Shown here: positions 50,416-59,430 of the stretch, piece by piece
Layout of the letters: each line of letters opens with the position of its first letter
Position numbering within the stretch: the stretch's first letter is position 1
Assembly: GCA_000433915.1 (NCBI GenBank)
Contig: HF993639.1
Span: forward strand, 61,633 to 125,632
Source of the DNA: Clostridium sp. CAG:793
GTDB taxonomy: Bacteria > Bacillota > Clostridia > TANB77 > CAG-508
Direction: 5' to 3'
Length of the DNA: 64,000 nucleotides
Translations under genes and position numbers: made by a program
The notes under the pieces: model-generated
What the model saw: the letters and a program-made list of their open reading frames with translations, nothing else
Databases searched by the model: none
Told to the model about the DNA's origin: nothing

Positions 50416-51066
50416 TTATTGTGTTACGGTATTTGATGTAGTTTCTGATTGTGCTGTATTATCACTGCTGCTTGAAACTGATGAAATTGTTTCTGTTGTG
50501 TTTTCCTGTTGAATCTTAACATCAGCTACTGTAAATGTACACTTATTTGCTGTCATGTCAAACTTGTCTATTGTAAAGTCAAGATTTGCATCATTTTCTA
50601 GTGAGTATATAAATTGTACTAGTGCTAAGAATTCGCCTGTTGCTGTAAAGTTTAAATTCTTATAAGATGAATCATTTAATGTTGAACTTCCAACTTCCAT
50701 TTTTAGATTTACACCTTCTGATGTTGCGTGATTACCAACTCTACTCCACAAATATTCAATCGTATAATTCTTTGTTTGTGTTGCTTGTTTGATTTCACTT
50801 TCTGTACTTATTGTTACTAAATCTAAATAGTCTTTTTTAGCTTTTGTTAAGTTTGAAATGTCTGTCTTTAGTTTTGACAATGCACTTGTATAATTGTCAT
50901 TTGCTGTGTTAGCTTTATTTATTGCTGTTGTTAACTCTTGATTTTTGTCTGATATTTCTTGAAAACTATATGCTTGAAATGGACCAGCATGTATTCCATT
51001 TTTCATGAATAATGCCATAATTGCCAATACTAGTACTAGTAATATGCTTATTAATGTTTTTTTCAC
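50416..51066 (-). CDS. PilO-like pilus assembly protein
   Basis: N-terminal TM, a coiled-coil segment, and position directly after the pilMN fusion. Confidence 0.55.
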   Translation of the reverse strand: MKKTLISILLVLVLAIMALFMKNGIHAGPFQAYSFQEISDKNQELTTAINKANTANDNYTSALSKLKTDISNLTKAKKDYLDLVTISTESEIKQATQTKNYTIEYLWSRVGNHATSEGVNLKMEVGSSTLNDSSYKNLNFTATGEFLALVQFIYSLENDANLDFTIDKFDMTANKCTFTVADVKIQQENTTETISSVSSSSDNTAQSETTSNTVTQ

Positions 51067-51085
51067 TGGTTATTTTCCTCCATTT

Positions 51086-52747
51086 CTAATATGTTTTTAA
51101 ATCGCCTTCAATTATAATCTTTACATACTCTCCATCTTTTTGTCCTTCTGTTGATGTGATATTGTCTAGAACATTTGCATTTTTCATCTTTGCTTTGAAA
51201 TATGCTAATTGTTCATATTTTGTTGATTGTGCATGTATTATTATATGTTGTACTGTTTTTCCTGAATCTGTTGTTTCTGTATTTTTTATTTCAGTAAGTT
51301 GTACTTCTTTTGGTATGTTATATACTATTTTGTTTAACATAGTTGTTATTTGATTTTTTCTGCTTCTTTTTGTTTCTATTGCAGAGCTTACATTTTCAAG
51401 GTTTGTTTTGTATTTTTGATAATCTTTTGTTCTCTCATTTACTTTGCTTGAATCACTATTTGCTAAACTTAATTGGCTATTTGCATATAATGTTACGTCA
51501 TCTGTTTCTTTGATCTTTGCATTAATTTGTTTAACTAATATTGATGATCCTACTGAATACATTATTATTACTATTAAAACAACTGCACAGTCTCTTAATA
51601 ATAATCTTTCTACTCTGTCTAATTCTCCTGATAGGTCAACTTTTGATTTTAAATTTACATTCTTATTCTTTAGTTTGAAATTGAACTTTGGCATTTTTAT
51701 ATCTTTCATATTTACATCTGATGAAAGCAATGTCTTTAGTTCTGTTTTCCAATCTCTTTTCATGAAATTTAGATTTTTTATTCCAAGTCCAAGACCTTGT
51801 AATGCAAGTGCAATTGCTGAGTTAACTTCAATATAGTCCTTTATATTAATATTCATTTTATCTTCTAAGAAAAATGGTTTTAATATTTCTACCTTTGATT
51901 CTTTAAAGTATTCTTTAAAATAAAGATCTATATTATTTATTACTGTTCCCATTCCAGTTAAATAAATGTTGTCAATTTTCGGAAAACGTTCTTTTATCTT
52001 TTGAATTTCTTGAACTATTTTATATAATGTAGGTACAATATATTGTAAATACTCGTTGTTACCTGTGCCTTCGGTTGTCTCCATTGTGTATATTGTGCTA
52101 TTTTTGCAAATTTCATAAGCTTTTGAATATGAATTTTCTCTTTCGCTTATTTTGTCTAGTACTTCTTCCATGCCTTCATCAAGTATATCTACATTATATA
52201 TTGCTTGATTTATTATTGTTGTTATTGTCGTTCTTTCTTCTAAATTAATGATCATAGAATTTTTATTTTTCTCTACTTTCATTAAATTAGGTAATGTTGT
52301 TGTCATTGGTACTAGTGTTTCTAAATCCGCATTACCAAATGCTGCTTTTCTTTCTGCTAATTCATTTTCACTATCATATACATATATAATTTTACTTTGA
52401 TCTTGGTTTTGAACGTTTTTTGTATATATATATCTGCTGTCATATAAATTTTTATTTAAGTGATTTTCTGTGCAAAAAGATTCAAATTCTGTTTTTATTG
52501 CTTTTTCAGCATAATTTCTATTAGCTAAGCTAAAAATATTAAAATAATAATATTTTTCGTTAGAAATTTCAGAGCTTACAGGAATCGTATGATTATCTGT
52601 TTCACTTAATATTTGATTTATTGCAGTGTCAATATTGTCATAAAATTTTACGCCATATGATGTTACATTATAGCTATCATTATTTTTGCTGACTCTTGCA
52701 TATCTTATTAGCTTATTATTTATACTAATTCCTAGGCACTCTTGCAT
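51086..52747 (-). CDS. PilM-PilN fusion protein (actin-like ATPase fold, then TM and PilN-like domain)
   Basis: 553 aa. The N-terminal ~370 aa are PilM-like, followed by a TM (AVVLIVIIMYSVGSSIL) and a periplasmic-like domain. Confidence 0.6.
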   Translation of the reverse strand: MQECLGISINNKLIRYARVSKNNDSYNVTSYGVKFYDNIDTAINQILSETDNHTIPVSSEISNEKYYYFNIFSLANRNYAEKAIKTEFESFCTENHLNKNLYDSRYIYTKNVQNQDQSKIIYVYDSENELAERKAAFGNADLETLVPMTTTLPNLMKVEKNKNSMIINLEERTTITTIINQAIYNVDILDEGMEEVLDKISERENSYSKAYEICKNSTIYTMETTEGTGNNEYLQYIVPTLYKIVQEIQKIKERFPKIDNIYLTGMGTVINNIDLYFKEYFKESKVEILKPFFLEDKMNINIKDYIEVNSAIALALQGLGLGIKNLNFMKRDWKTELKTLLSSDVNMKDIKMPKFNFKLKNKNVNLKSKVDLSGELDRVERLLLRDCAVVLIVIIMYSVGSSILVKQINAKIKETDDVTLYANSQLSLANSDSSKVNERTKDYQKYKTNLENVSSAIETKRSRKNQITTMLNKIVYNIPKEVQLTEIKNTETTDSGKTVQHIIIHAQSTKYEQLAYFKAKMKNANVLDNITSTEGQKDGEYVKIIIEGDLKTY

Positions 52748-52911
52748 TTTATTCCTCTCTCTTTTGAATCTTTTTATTTTATTTTTTCACATTTGTTGCT
52801 TTTATATACATTTTATCTTTTTTTTATTTAAAGTCAATATTTTTCTTTTCTTTGTAAAACAAATGTAATATTTGTAACTTTTATGTCAAAAAGTGTCGTT
52901 TTTACATTTTG

Positions 52912-54060
52912 CTATCTTTCTCTTTCTATTCCCGGCTTTTGTATGTCATCTGCTAGCTTTTCTACGACATTATACGTTTTTCCTAAATATTCTATTATGT
53001 TTTCTTCTTTTTCTTTTAACTTTGTTTTTACTTTTTTGCTTTCTGTTATTCTTAGTTTTCCTAATATTATTGATAATGTAAAGTCTTTTTCTACTTTTCT
53101 AATTAAGTTTGGATCTATTTCTATTGCCAGATTAGCATATTGTACAGCTTGATTTGTATCTTTTTGTATTATTTTTATTTTTGCTAAATACAAATATGCA
53201 TTTGCTTGTATTTTTTCATCATCTGAGTTAATTTCTTCGTAAAAATATTTTTCCGCTTCTTCATATTCTCTAAATATCATGCTTATTTGTCCAAGATTTA
53301 AATTTGATATATCTTTTAGAGAGTTAAGAGTCGCTGCTTTTTTATAATATTCTTGTGCATTTTGAAAATCATTTAATCTTGTATATGTCATTCCTAAGCA
53401 ATAATATAGTTCATACTGTGCTGGTGAAAATTTTAAAGCTTCATTATATACTAGTATGGCTTCTTTAAACATTTCATTACTATATAATATGTCACCTAAA
53501 AGCATACTTCCTTGATAATAGTCTGGCTTAGCCTTTAGTAAACTTTGCAATAGTTCTATTGCTTGTTCTTCTTTTTTGTTTTCATGCATTATTTTTGCAA
53601 GTTCACAGTAAGACTCATAATCCTTTGGCTTTATCCCTATTACAATCAAATACTCATCTTCTGCTTTTTCCATTTCTGAATTTTGCTCATAATATTGGGC
53701 GAGCTTTTTATGTGATATATAGCTTTTAGGATATTTGTTTATATTTTTTAGAAGTAATGCTTTTGCATTATCTGGTTGTTTCTTGGCTTTTAAAATATTA
53801 TAGAGTTCATCTATATATATTCCCTTCATTTCCATTATAAGCATTGTTATTGGTATAATTATAGTTATTACATATAATATAGAAAGTATTATTAAATTAG
53901 GTATTTTTCCATTTAGTATCAATATAAAATCTATAACTATTCCTAAAAATTCTAGTCCTAGTATATATACATAGTTTGTATTATTTTCTTTTATCATTTT
54001 TAAGAAAGTATATACAAATGCTCCTATTACTAAGATGCTAAATATTATAATATGAATCAT
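52912..54060 (-). CDS. TPR-repeat protein with three N-terminal TM segments
   Basis: Multiple 34-aa TPR-like repeats (AEDEYL..., AILVYNEALKF..., AQEYYKKAATL...). Confidence 0.6.
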   Translation of the reverse strand: MIHIIIFSILVIGAFVYTFLKMIKENNTNYVYILGLEFLGIVIDFILILNGKIPNLIILSILYVITIIIPITMLIMEMKGIYIDELYNILKAKKQPDNAKALLLKNINKYPKSYISHKKLAQYYEQNSEMEKAEDEYLIVIGIKPKDYESYCELAKIMHENKKEEQAIELLQSLLKAKPDYYQGSMLLGDILYSNEMFKEAILVYNEALKFSPAQYELYYCLGMTYTRLNDFQNAQEYYKKAATLNSLKDISNLNLGQISMIFREYEEAEKYFYEEINSDDEKIQANAYLYLAKIKIIQKDTNQAVQYANLAIEIDPNLIRKVEKDFTLSIILGKLRITESKKVKTKLKEKEENIIEYLGKTYNVVEKLADDIQKPGIERER

Positions 54061-54078
54061 GTTTCTCTCCTACTGTTA

Positions 54079-54465
54079 TTAAATTATAAAAAATATATTT
54101 TTTATTATACAATTTATCATTAATAGTATCATTCCTGAATATAAATATACGTTGCTATATTGCATTTTTATTTTTTCTTTTTTGGTTATTCGGCTTATTG
54201 TATGTGATATTACATATGCTGTTGCTATTGTGACTGTATAGATTACTGCTGAATTGTAATATATTGATTCTAATATCTTTCCTTGGCAAAGTGCTTCAAA
54301 CGCTCTTGTGCAGCCACATCCTGGGCAATATATTTTTAAGTTTTCTAAAATCCAACATTTTGGAATTTCTATATTATTTTTTATTATTGGATATATTATT
54401 ACTAATAAGATGGTTGTAAATAATATTGCATAATATACATAGTCACTATATGTTCTTTTCTTCAT
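54079..54465 (-). CDS. DUF2752-family membrane protein
   Basis: CPGCGCTRA motif plus TM segments. Confidence 0.6.
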   Translation of the reverse strand: MKKRTYSDYVYYAILFTTILLVIIYPIIKNNIEIPKCWILENLKIYCPGCGCTRAFEALCQGKILESIYYNSAVIYTVTIATAYVISHTISRITKKEKIKMQYSNVYLYSGMILLMINCIIKNIFFII

Positions 54466-54531
54466 ATTTAATATAAAAAGAACATCTTAAATAGTATTTT
54501 TTCACTAATTCGATGTTCTCTTTTCTCCACA

Positions 54532-54798
54532 TTATTTAATTATTTTTATATTTCCGATTAGTGGTACTGGTTTTTCTTCTTGGTTTATTGCTGATATGAA
54601 TCCCATAAACCAGCATACTATCATGAATATTCCCCATATCCATCCTATACAAGGAACTATTGATAATAGTGAAAATAACATTATTACAAATGCTTGGTTA
54701 ACATGAAATTTTGCGCCTTCTCTGTCTCCTGCACATAATGCAATGATTAGTCCAATCCATGTTAGATATGCAACTATACTAGTCGTTTTTTTGTCCAT
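54532..54798 (-). CDS. Small membrane protein (two TM)
   Basis: 88 aa, hydrophobic; ORF with an upstream AGGAGGAAAAAAAG SD. Confidence 0.45.
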   Translation of the reverse strand: MDKKTTSIVAYLTWIGLIIALCAGDREGAKFHVNQAFVIMLFSLLSIVPCIGWIWGIFMIVCWFMGFISAINQEEKPVPLIGNIKIIK

Positions 54799-54871
54799 CT
54801 TTTTTTCCTCCTATTTATATTCGACTTAATTCTACTATATTTTTTTATTTTTTTCAATATTTTATAAAAAC

Positions 54872-55492
54872 TTATTTTAACTTGTTTGCTATTATATTTT
54901 TTAATTCTTCATCTTGTGCGTTTTCGAAAAATTGTATTTTAAATTCTGGTGTATTTATTGTTTCTAATAATAGTGCTTGGTCTATTTCATCTAATATTTC
55001 TTTCATTGGCTTATATGTTATTTTCTTTACTTCATCTAATATCTTTTTGTTTTTTTGCTCTGGTACTACTCTTTCTTTTGGATATCCATTGCCAAACTCT
55101 TCTGAAAATAATTTTTCAAATATATAGTCTAGCTGTAATTCTCCTCCCCATCCATATCCTTTTGCAAATGGTATTGCTATTGCGTTTCCATTGTTTATCT
55201 GAGTGAATAAATATGCATCAAGTGGATCTTGCACATGTCCGCATAATACTCCTGGAAAGCTATTTAATGCAAGCATTGCTCCTTCACCTGTTCCGCAACC
55301 TGTTATTACAAAATCTACTGCTTTTGAGTTTAATAATATGGCTGCTAGTAGTCCTACTTGTACATATGTTAATTTAGTATTTTCATTTGAATAATTAAAT
55401 ATTTCATTTCCTTTTGCATTTTTCACTAGTTCATTATATATTATTTTATTTTTTCCAGCTTGGCTGTTTTCATTTATAAGTCCTATTTTCAT
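54872..55492 (-). CDS. RpiB/LacA/LacB-family sugar-phosphate isomerase-like protein with a C-terminal extension
   Basis: GCGTGEGAMLALNS resembles the RpiB active-site region. Confidence 0.55.
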   Translation of the reverse strand: MKIGLINENSQAGKNKIIYNELVKNAKGNEIFNYSNENTKLTYVQVGLLAAILLNSKAVDFVITGCGTGEGAMLALNSFPGVLCGHVQDPLDAYLFTQINNGNAIAIPFAKGYGWGGELQLDYIFEKLFSEEFGNGYPKERVVPEQKNKKILDEVKKITYKPMKEILDEIDQALLLETINTPEFKIQFFENAQDEELKNIIANKLK

Positions 55493-55505
55493 ATCTTACC
55501 TCTAT

Positions 55506-56105
55506 TTATTTGAATTTTTTTATTATTTCTGGGAATAATGAATATAAGTTGCATCCCATTTTCTCTTCTAATTCTTTCTTTAATTTTTGTGCATAGGTTA
55601 TGTGATATACAGTATTGTCATGTGCACCTTTTCTTAGCATTATCTCTATTAATCTCTCGTCCATTGTCATAAATTTTGCTGTACAAAATAAATCACAGCA
55701 TTCAATTATTTTATCATATATATTATATTGATGGTTTTCAATGAAATCTTTTCTAAACTGATATTTATATGAGTCCTTATCAGGTATTCCACCTGCTGTA
55801 CAGTTTATGTCATTATTTAAATATGAATGTGTCAAACATATATTAGCATATTCATCCGATATTCCCATAGATTTTAAATATTCATATCCTTTTACTATAT
55901 GTTGTGAATATGGTTCTCCATATATTTTGCCTATATCGTGTAAATATCCCATAGCAGCCGCTTTATCTGAATCTATTCCAATCTTTTTTGCAATCCTTTC
56001 TGCTGCTTGTCCAACTCTAATTGAATGTTCTACCCATGTACCTGTTGGATTTATATTTTTTCCATTCATAAGTATTTCATACGCTTTTTTAGGGTTTATT
56101 TCCAT
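55506..56105 (-). CDS. HD-domain phosphohydrolase
   Basis: H...HD motif (HSIRV, YLHDIGK). Confidence 0.7.
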   Translation of the reverse strand: MEINPKKAYEILMNGKNINPTGTWVEHSIRVGQAAERIAKKIGIDSDKAAAMGYLHDIGKIYGEPYSQHIVKGYEYLKSMGISDEYANICLTHSYLNNDINCTAGGIPDKDSYKYQFRKDFIENHQYNIYDKIIECCDLFCTAKFMTMDERLIEIMLRKGAHDNTVYHITYAQKLKKELEEKMGCNLYSLFPEIIKKFK

Positions 56106-56294
56106 ATATTATCACCTCTGCTTTCTTCGTAAGTATATCATTTTATTTTTTATTTTTCAATTATTTTACATATTCAATTTTTTAGAAATATTAGGCTTAT
56201 TTCATATTATATCGTTAACGATATTTAGATACCTTTGTTATATTTAAAAAAATTGTTTTTTACTTTGATTTTTTAGTAAAGTGAGGTATAATAT

Positions 56295-56549
56295 ATGTTG
56301 TTATCAGTTGCAATAAGGCAACGTATTATTAATTTATCTAAAGAACATAATTTAAATTTTTCTGAATTATGTAGAAAATCGGATGTTTCTTATTCCACTC
56401 TAATGGGATTTATGTATGATACAAATAAAACTCTAACTATTAATACTTTGTATCAGCTTTGTCTTGGTTTTGAAATTGACCTTGTTGATTTTTTTGATTC
56501 TGATTTGTTTAAAGATGTTCTTGATGAGCATGAAAAGGTTGGGAAATAA
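56295..56549 (+). CDS. Small HTH (XRE-like) DNA-binding protein, paralog 1 of 3
   Basis: 84 aa, MLLSVAIRQRIINL...LDEHEK; GTGAGG SD; stop overlaps the trmL start. Confidence 0.65.
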   Translation: MLLSVAIRQRIINLSKEHNLNFSELCRKSDVSYSTLMGFMYDTNKTLTINTLYQLCLGFEIDLVDFFDSDLFKDVLDEHEKVGK

Positions 56550-56551
56550 TT

Positions 56552-57058
56552 ATGAAACTTAATATTGTTTTGGTTGAACCAGAGATACCTCAAAACACTG
56601 GAAACATTGCACGTACATGTGCAGCTATTGGAGCTAAATTGCATTTAGTTCATCCTTTAGGTTTTATTCTTTCTGAAAAATCGGTCAAGCGTGCTGGTTT
56701 GGATTATTGGGATAAGCTTGATATTGAAGAACATTCTTCTTTAAATGATTTTCTATCCAAGTATCCTCCTGAAAGTAATAATATGTTTTTCTCTACTACA
56801 AAAGGTAAACATATTTATTCTGAACCTGATTATTCTAGTATGGATGAAGTTTTTCTTCTTTTCGGTAAAGAAACTAAAGGACTTCCTGAAGATCTTCTTT
56901 TAAAGTATATAGATAATACTATTCGTATTCCTATGAGAGAAACTTTAAGATCTTTAAACTTATCCAATTCCGTGTGTGTTGTTGCTTATGAAGTTTTTAG
57001 AAAGTGTAATTTTTCTGGTTTAGAAGAAATTAGTTCATATTTTGATAATAGTTTGTAG
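56552..57058 (+). CDS. trmL: tRNA (cytidine/uridine-2'-O)-methyltransferase (SPOUT)
   Basis: MKLNIVLVEPEIPQNTGNIARTCAAIGAKLHLVHPLGF is the typical TrmL N-terminus. Confidence 0.85.
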   Translation: MKLNIVLVEPEIPQNTGNIARTCAAIGAKLHLVHPLGFILSEKSVKRAGLDYWDKLDIEEHSSLNDFLSKYPPESNNMFFSTTKGKHIYSEPDYSSMDEVFLLFGKETKGLPEDLLLKYIDNTIRIPMRETLRSLNLSNSVCVVAYEVFRKCNFSGLEEISSYFDNSL

Positions 57059-57230
57059 TATCTAAAAAATGAGTCATGCTTACTAGTGTAAGTATGACAT
57101 ATTTTTTGTTTATTTTTCACTTATTTTTATAATTTCTATGTAAATTTTGATATCGGTATGTTTTATCATCAACGATTTTTAATCTAATTTGCTATACTCG
57201 GTAAAAATCCAAAGAAATGAGGTATTTATT

Positions 57231-57497
57231 ATGACACTTTCTAATGCAGTAAAGCAAAGAATTGTTGACCTAGCTACTGGTAATCAAATTACAATTCACA
57301 AATTGGCTCTTAATTCTGGTGTTCCTTATTCGACTCTTAGTAGTTTCCTTAGTGGAAAATGCATGAGTATAACTTTGACAACTCTTTTACATATATGTGA
57401 AGGTTGCAATATTGAACTTAAAGATTTTTTTGATGATAATCTGTTTAAAAACATTTCTTCTGACACACAAAACCACGTATCAACTCGAAAGAAGTAA
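57231..57497 (+). CDS. Small HTH (XRE-like) protein, paralog 2 (most diverged)
   Basis: MTLSNAVKQRIVDL...; GAGGT SD. The track ORF is 5'-extended to 57189. Confidence 0.6.
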   Translation: MTLSNAVKQRIVDLATGNQITIHKLALNSGVPYSTLSSFLSGKCMSITLTTLLHICEGCNIELKDFFDDNLFKNISSDTQNHVSTRKK

Positions 57498-57501
57498 TTA
57501 G

Positions 57502-57756
57502 ATGGTTTTATCTGTCGCTATTAGGCAAAGAATTATAAATTTGACCAAATTGAAGAATATTAGTTTAAAAGAATTATCTAGAAGAGCCGGTGTACCATAT
57601 CCAACATTGATAAGTTTTATGTCTGGTGCTAATAAGACTATGAACTTGTCTACTCTTTATGGTTTGTGTATTGGATTAGATATCGATTTAGTGGATTTTT
57701 TCGATAATCGCTTATTCCAAGATGTTCTTGATGAACATGAAAAGGAAACAAAGTAG
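57502..57756 (+). CDS. Small HTH (XRE-like) protein, paralog 3
   Basis: MVLSVAIRQRIINL...LDEHEKETK; near-identical architecture to paralog 1. Confidence 0.65.
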   Translation: MVLSVAIRQRIINLTKLKNISLKELSRRAGVPYPTLISFMSGANKTMNLSTLYGLCIGLDIDLVDFFDNRLFQDVLDEHEKETK

Positions 57757-57770
57757 GTTATGGTTATGTA

Positions 57771-57802
57771 AAAAGCGATAGCAAATTGCTATCGCTTTTT
57801 TA
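57771..57802 (+). terminator. Intrinsic terminator after the HTH paralogs
   Basis: aaaagcgatagc-aaat-tgctatcgcttttttat. Confidence 0.65.
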
Positions 57803-58007
57803 TATTTTGATTTTATAGTTTATTTTACTTGTCAATATAAAATATAAAATGTTTATTGAAATCTTCATTTGTGATTGGATATATTTTTATATTTTTCTCT
57901 TTACGAACTTGTATATATTTTAATATTGATAAAAATATTTGTCAAATTAATTTGTGATATATCATTAACTAAACTATAAATTATTTTAATTTATTTTGTT
58001 TTTTCTC

Positions 58008-58037
58008 TTGACAAATTGTTATTTATCGTATTATAAT
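58008..58037 (+). promoter_or_regulatory. Promoter of tRNA-Leu
   Basis: TTGACA (58008-58013), an 18-nt spacer, TATAAT (58032-58037), about 20 nt upstream of the tRNA 5' end. Confidence 0.5.
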
Positions 58038-58057
58038 AAGTATTGTTCGTAATTAAT

Positions 58058-58144
58058 GCAGATATGGCGGAACTGGTAGACGCACAGGACTTAAAATCCT
58101 GCGGTAGCGATACCGTCCCGGTTCGATTCCGGGTATCTGCACCA
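58058..58144 (+). tRNA. tRNA-Leu (anticodon UAA), class II with long variable arm, CCA encoded
   Basis: Acceptor stem GCAGATA/TATCTGC; anticodon stem-loop CAGGA-cuUAAaa-UCCUG; long variable arm CGGTAGCGATACCGTC; T-arm CCCGG-TTCGATT-CCGGG; 3' ACCA. Confidence 0.85.
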
Positions 58145-58150
58145 TAAAAA

Positions 58151-58190
58151 CCTCAAGTAGTTCGTAAGATATGCTTGAGGCTTTTATTTT
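58151..58190 (+). terminator. tRNA terminator
   Basis: cctcaag ... cttgagg stem followed by cttttatttt. Confidence 0.6.
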
Positions 58191-58226
58191 GTATAATTTA
58201 GATTTCAATGATGTTATATAAAAATG

Positions 58227-58274
58227 CCAAAACACGCATACCAGATATACTTATCTCCGGTATGCGTGTTTTGG
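58227..58274 (-). terminator. Terminator of the minus-strand GC-anomalous gene
   Basis: ccaaaacacgcatacc ... ggtatgcgtgttttgg stem (16 bp) followed by a T-run on the minus strand. Confidence 0.65.
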
Positions 58275-58280
58275 TCGCAA

Positions 58281-58709
58281 TTAGCTCTTCTTACAGATGT
58301 ACATATCAACCTCATCATCGCCGTCAATGATTGCGATGACAAAGTCCTTGTTTCCGTGCAGTTTGACTCTTCGGTAATCCTCCTCTACGCCTAGTTCGTA
58401 CTTATTGCCCACTTTTTCCAGCTTTGCTGGGATGTCTTTGAAATTCCCACAGTCATGGCAGATGATCTGTTTCTTATCGCTTATATCGAACCCCTCGATG
58501 TCCACGACAATTTTTATCAATAGCAGATCCTCTCCTTTGCTAAATAAGATGGCCACAAATGGCTGCTCTAGGTTCATCTCCTTGCAGTCATTGTACATAA
58601 AACGATCAAGCCTTTTTCCAAGGCACTTTAAAATCTGTGGCCAGAGAAGTGGCTTTTCCTTCCGCTGAGCCTCTAAAATTGCTTTCTTTGCTTTAATTGT
58701 GTTATTCAT
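58281..58709 (-). CDS. Hypothetical protein (about 142 aa) on a GC-anomalous single-gene cassette beside tRNA-Leu
   Basis: GGAGG SD; consensus promoter TTGCAA-17-TATAAT upstream on the minus strand; visibly ~45% GC; CHDCG motif; no family recognised. The track ORF starts at an upstream in-frame ATG (58724). Confidence 0.55.
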   Translation of the reverse strand: MNNTIKAKKAILEAQRKEKPLLWPQILKCLGKRLDRFMYNDCKEMNLEQPFVAILFSKGEDLLLIKIVVDIEGFDISDKKQIICHDCGNFKDIPAKLEKVGNKYELGVEEDYRRVKLHGNKDFVIAIIDGDDEVDMYICKKS

Positions 58710-58808
58710 TGTTAACCTCCACAATTGCTTTTTTCTGAAACGGACTACCTATATTATATCATTCTTTTGTTTCTTTTGCAAGTTATGTAAACATTAGTCT
58801 TAATAAAA

Positions 58809-58868
58809 AATGAACCCATAATGAGCAATACTATTTTAAGTACAGTTCATTATGGGTTCATTTATATG
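58809..58868 (-). terminator. hup terminator
   Basis: aatgaacccataatga ... tcattatgggttcatt long inverted repeat followed by a T-run on the minus strand. Confidence 0.6.
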
Positions 58869-58899
58869 AATTCATATGTATTATATTAAACTCATCTAA

Positions 58900-59178
58900 T
58901 TATTTTTTGTTAACTAAGTCTTTTAAAGCTTTTCCTGCTTTGAAAACTGGTGCTTTAGATGCAGGTATCTTTATTTCTTCTTTAGTTTGAGGATTTCTTC
59001 CTTTTCTAGCTGCTCTTTTTCTAACTTCGAAAGATCCAAATCCAACTAATTGAACTTTTTCACCTTTCTTTAAGCTTTCTGTTACTGTGCTTATGAATGC
59101 GTCTAAAGATGCTTCAGCACTCTTTTTTGTTTCTCCTGTTTTAGCAGCCATTGCTGCGATTAAATCAGATTTGTTCAT
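58900..59178 (-). CDS. hup: DNA-binding protein HU
   Basis: [11 protein letters not shown]...[20 protein letters not shown] is the typical HU arm. Confidence 0.9.
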   Translation of the reverse strand: MNKSDLIAAMAAKTGETKKSAEASLDAFISTVTESLKKGEKVQLVGFGSFEVRKRAARKGRNPQTKEEIKIPASKAPVFKAGKALKDLVNKK

Positions 59179-59430
59179 TTAATTTACCTCCTATTAAGAT
59201 ACAAATATGTGTAGATCAGAACTTTGATTTATAAACGAAATCTGAGTCTACTATTTTTATATTCGCCAACAAAAAACAAAATCCTTCTTTTTTTTTACTT
59301 TTTTTCCTTTGAAAGCTATCTTGCAGTAAGGTTTAGTCATTATTCGTTTCTTTAAATGCTTATTTTATGCGGTTTTTGAGGCTTGATATCCCGAAATATT
59401 ACAATTTTATTAAGTTTTTTCGACATTGTT

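Noticed and set aside
58053-58235. 60-aa minus-strand ORF from the track
   Set aside because: It lies entirely across the tRNA-Leu gene and its terminator. It has no SD and is an artefact of the structured RNA sequence.
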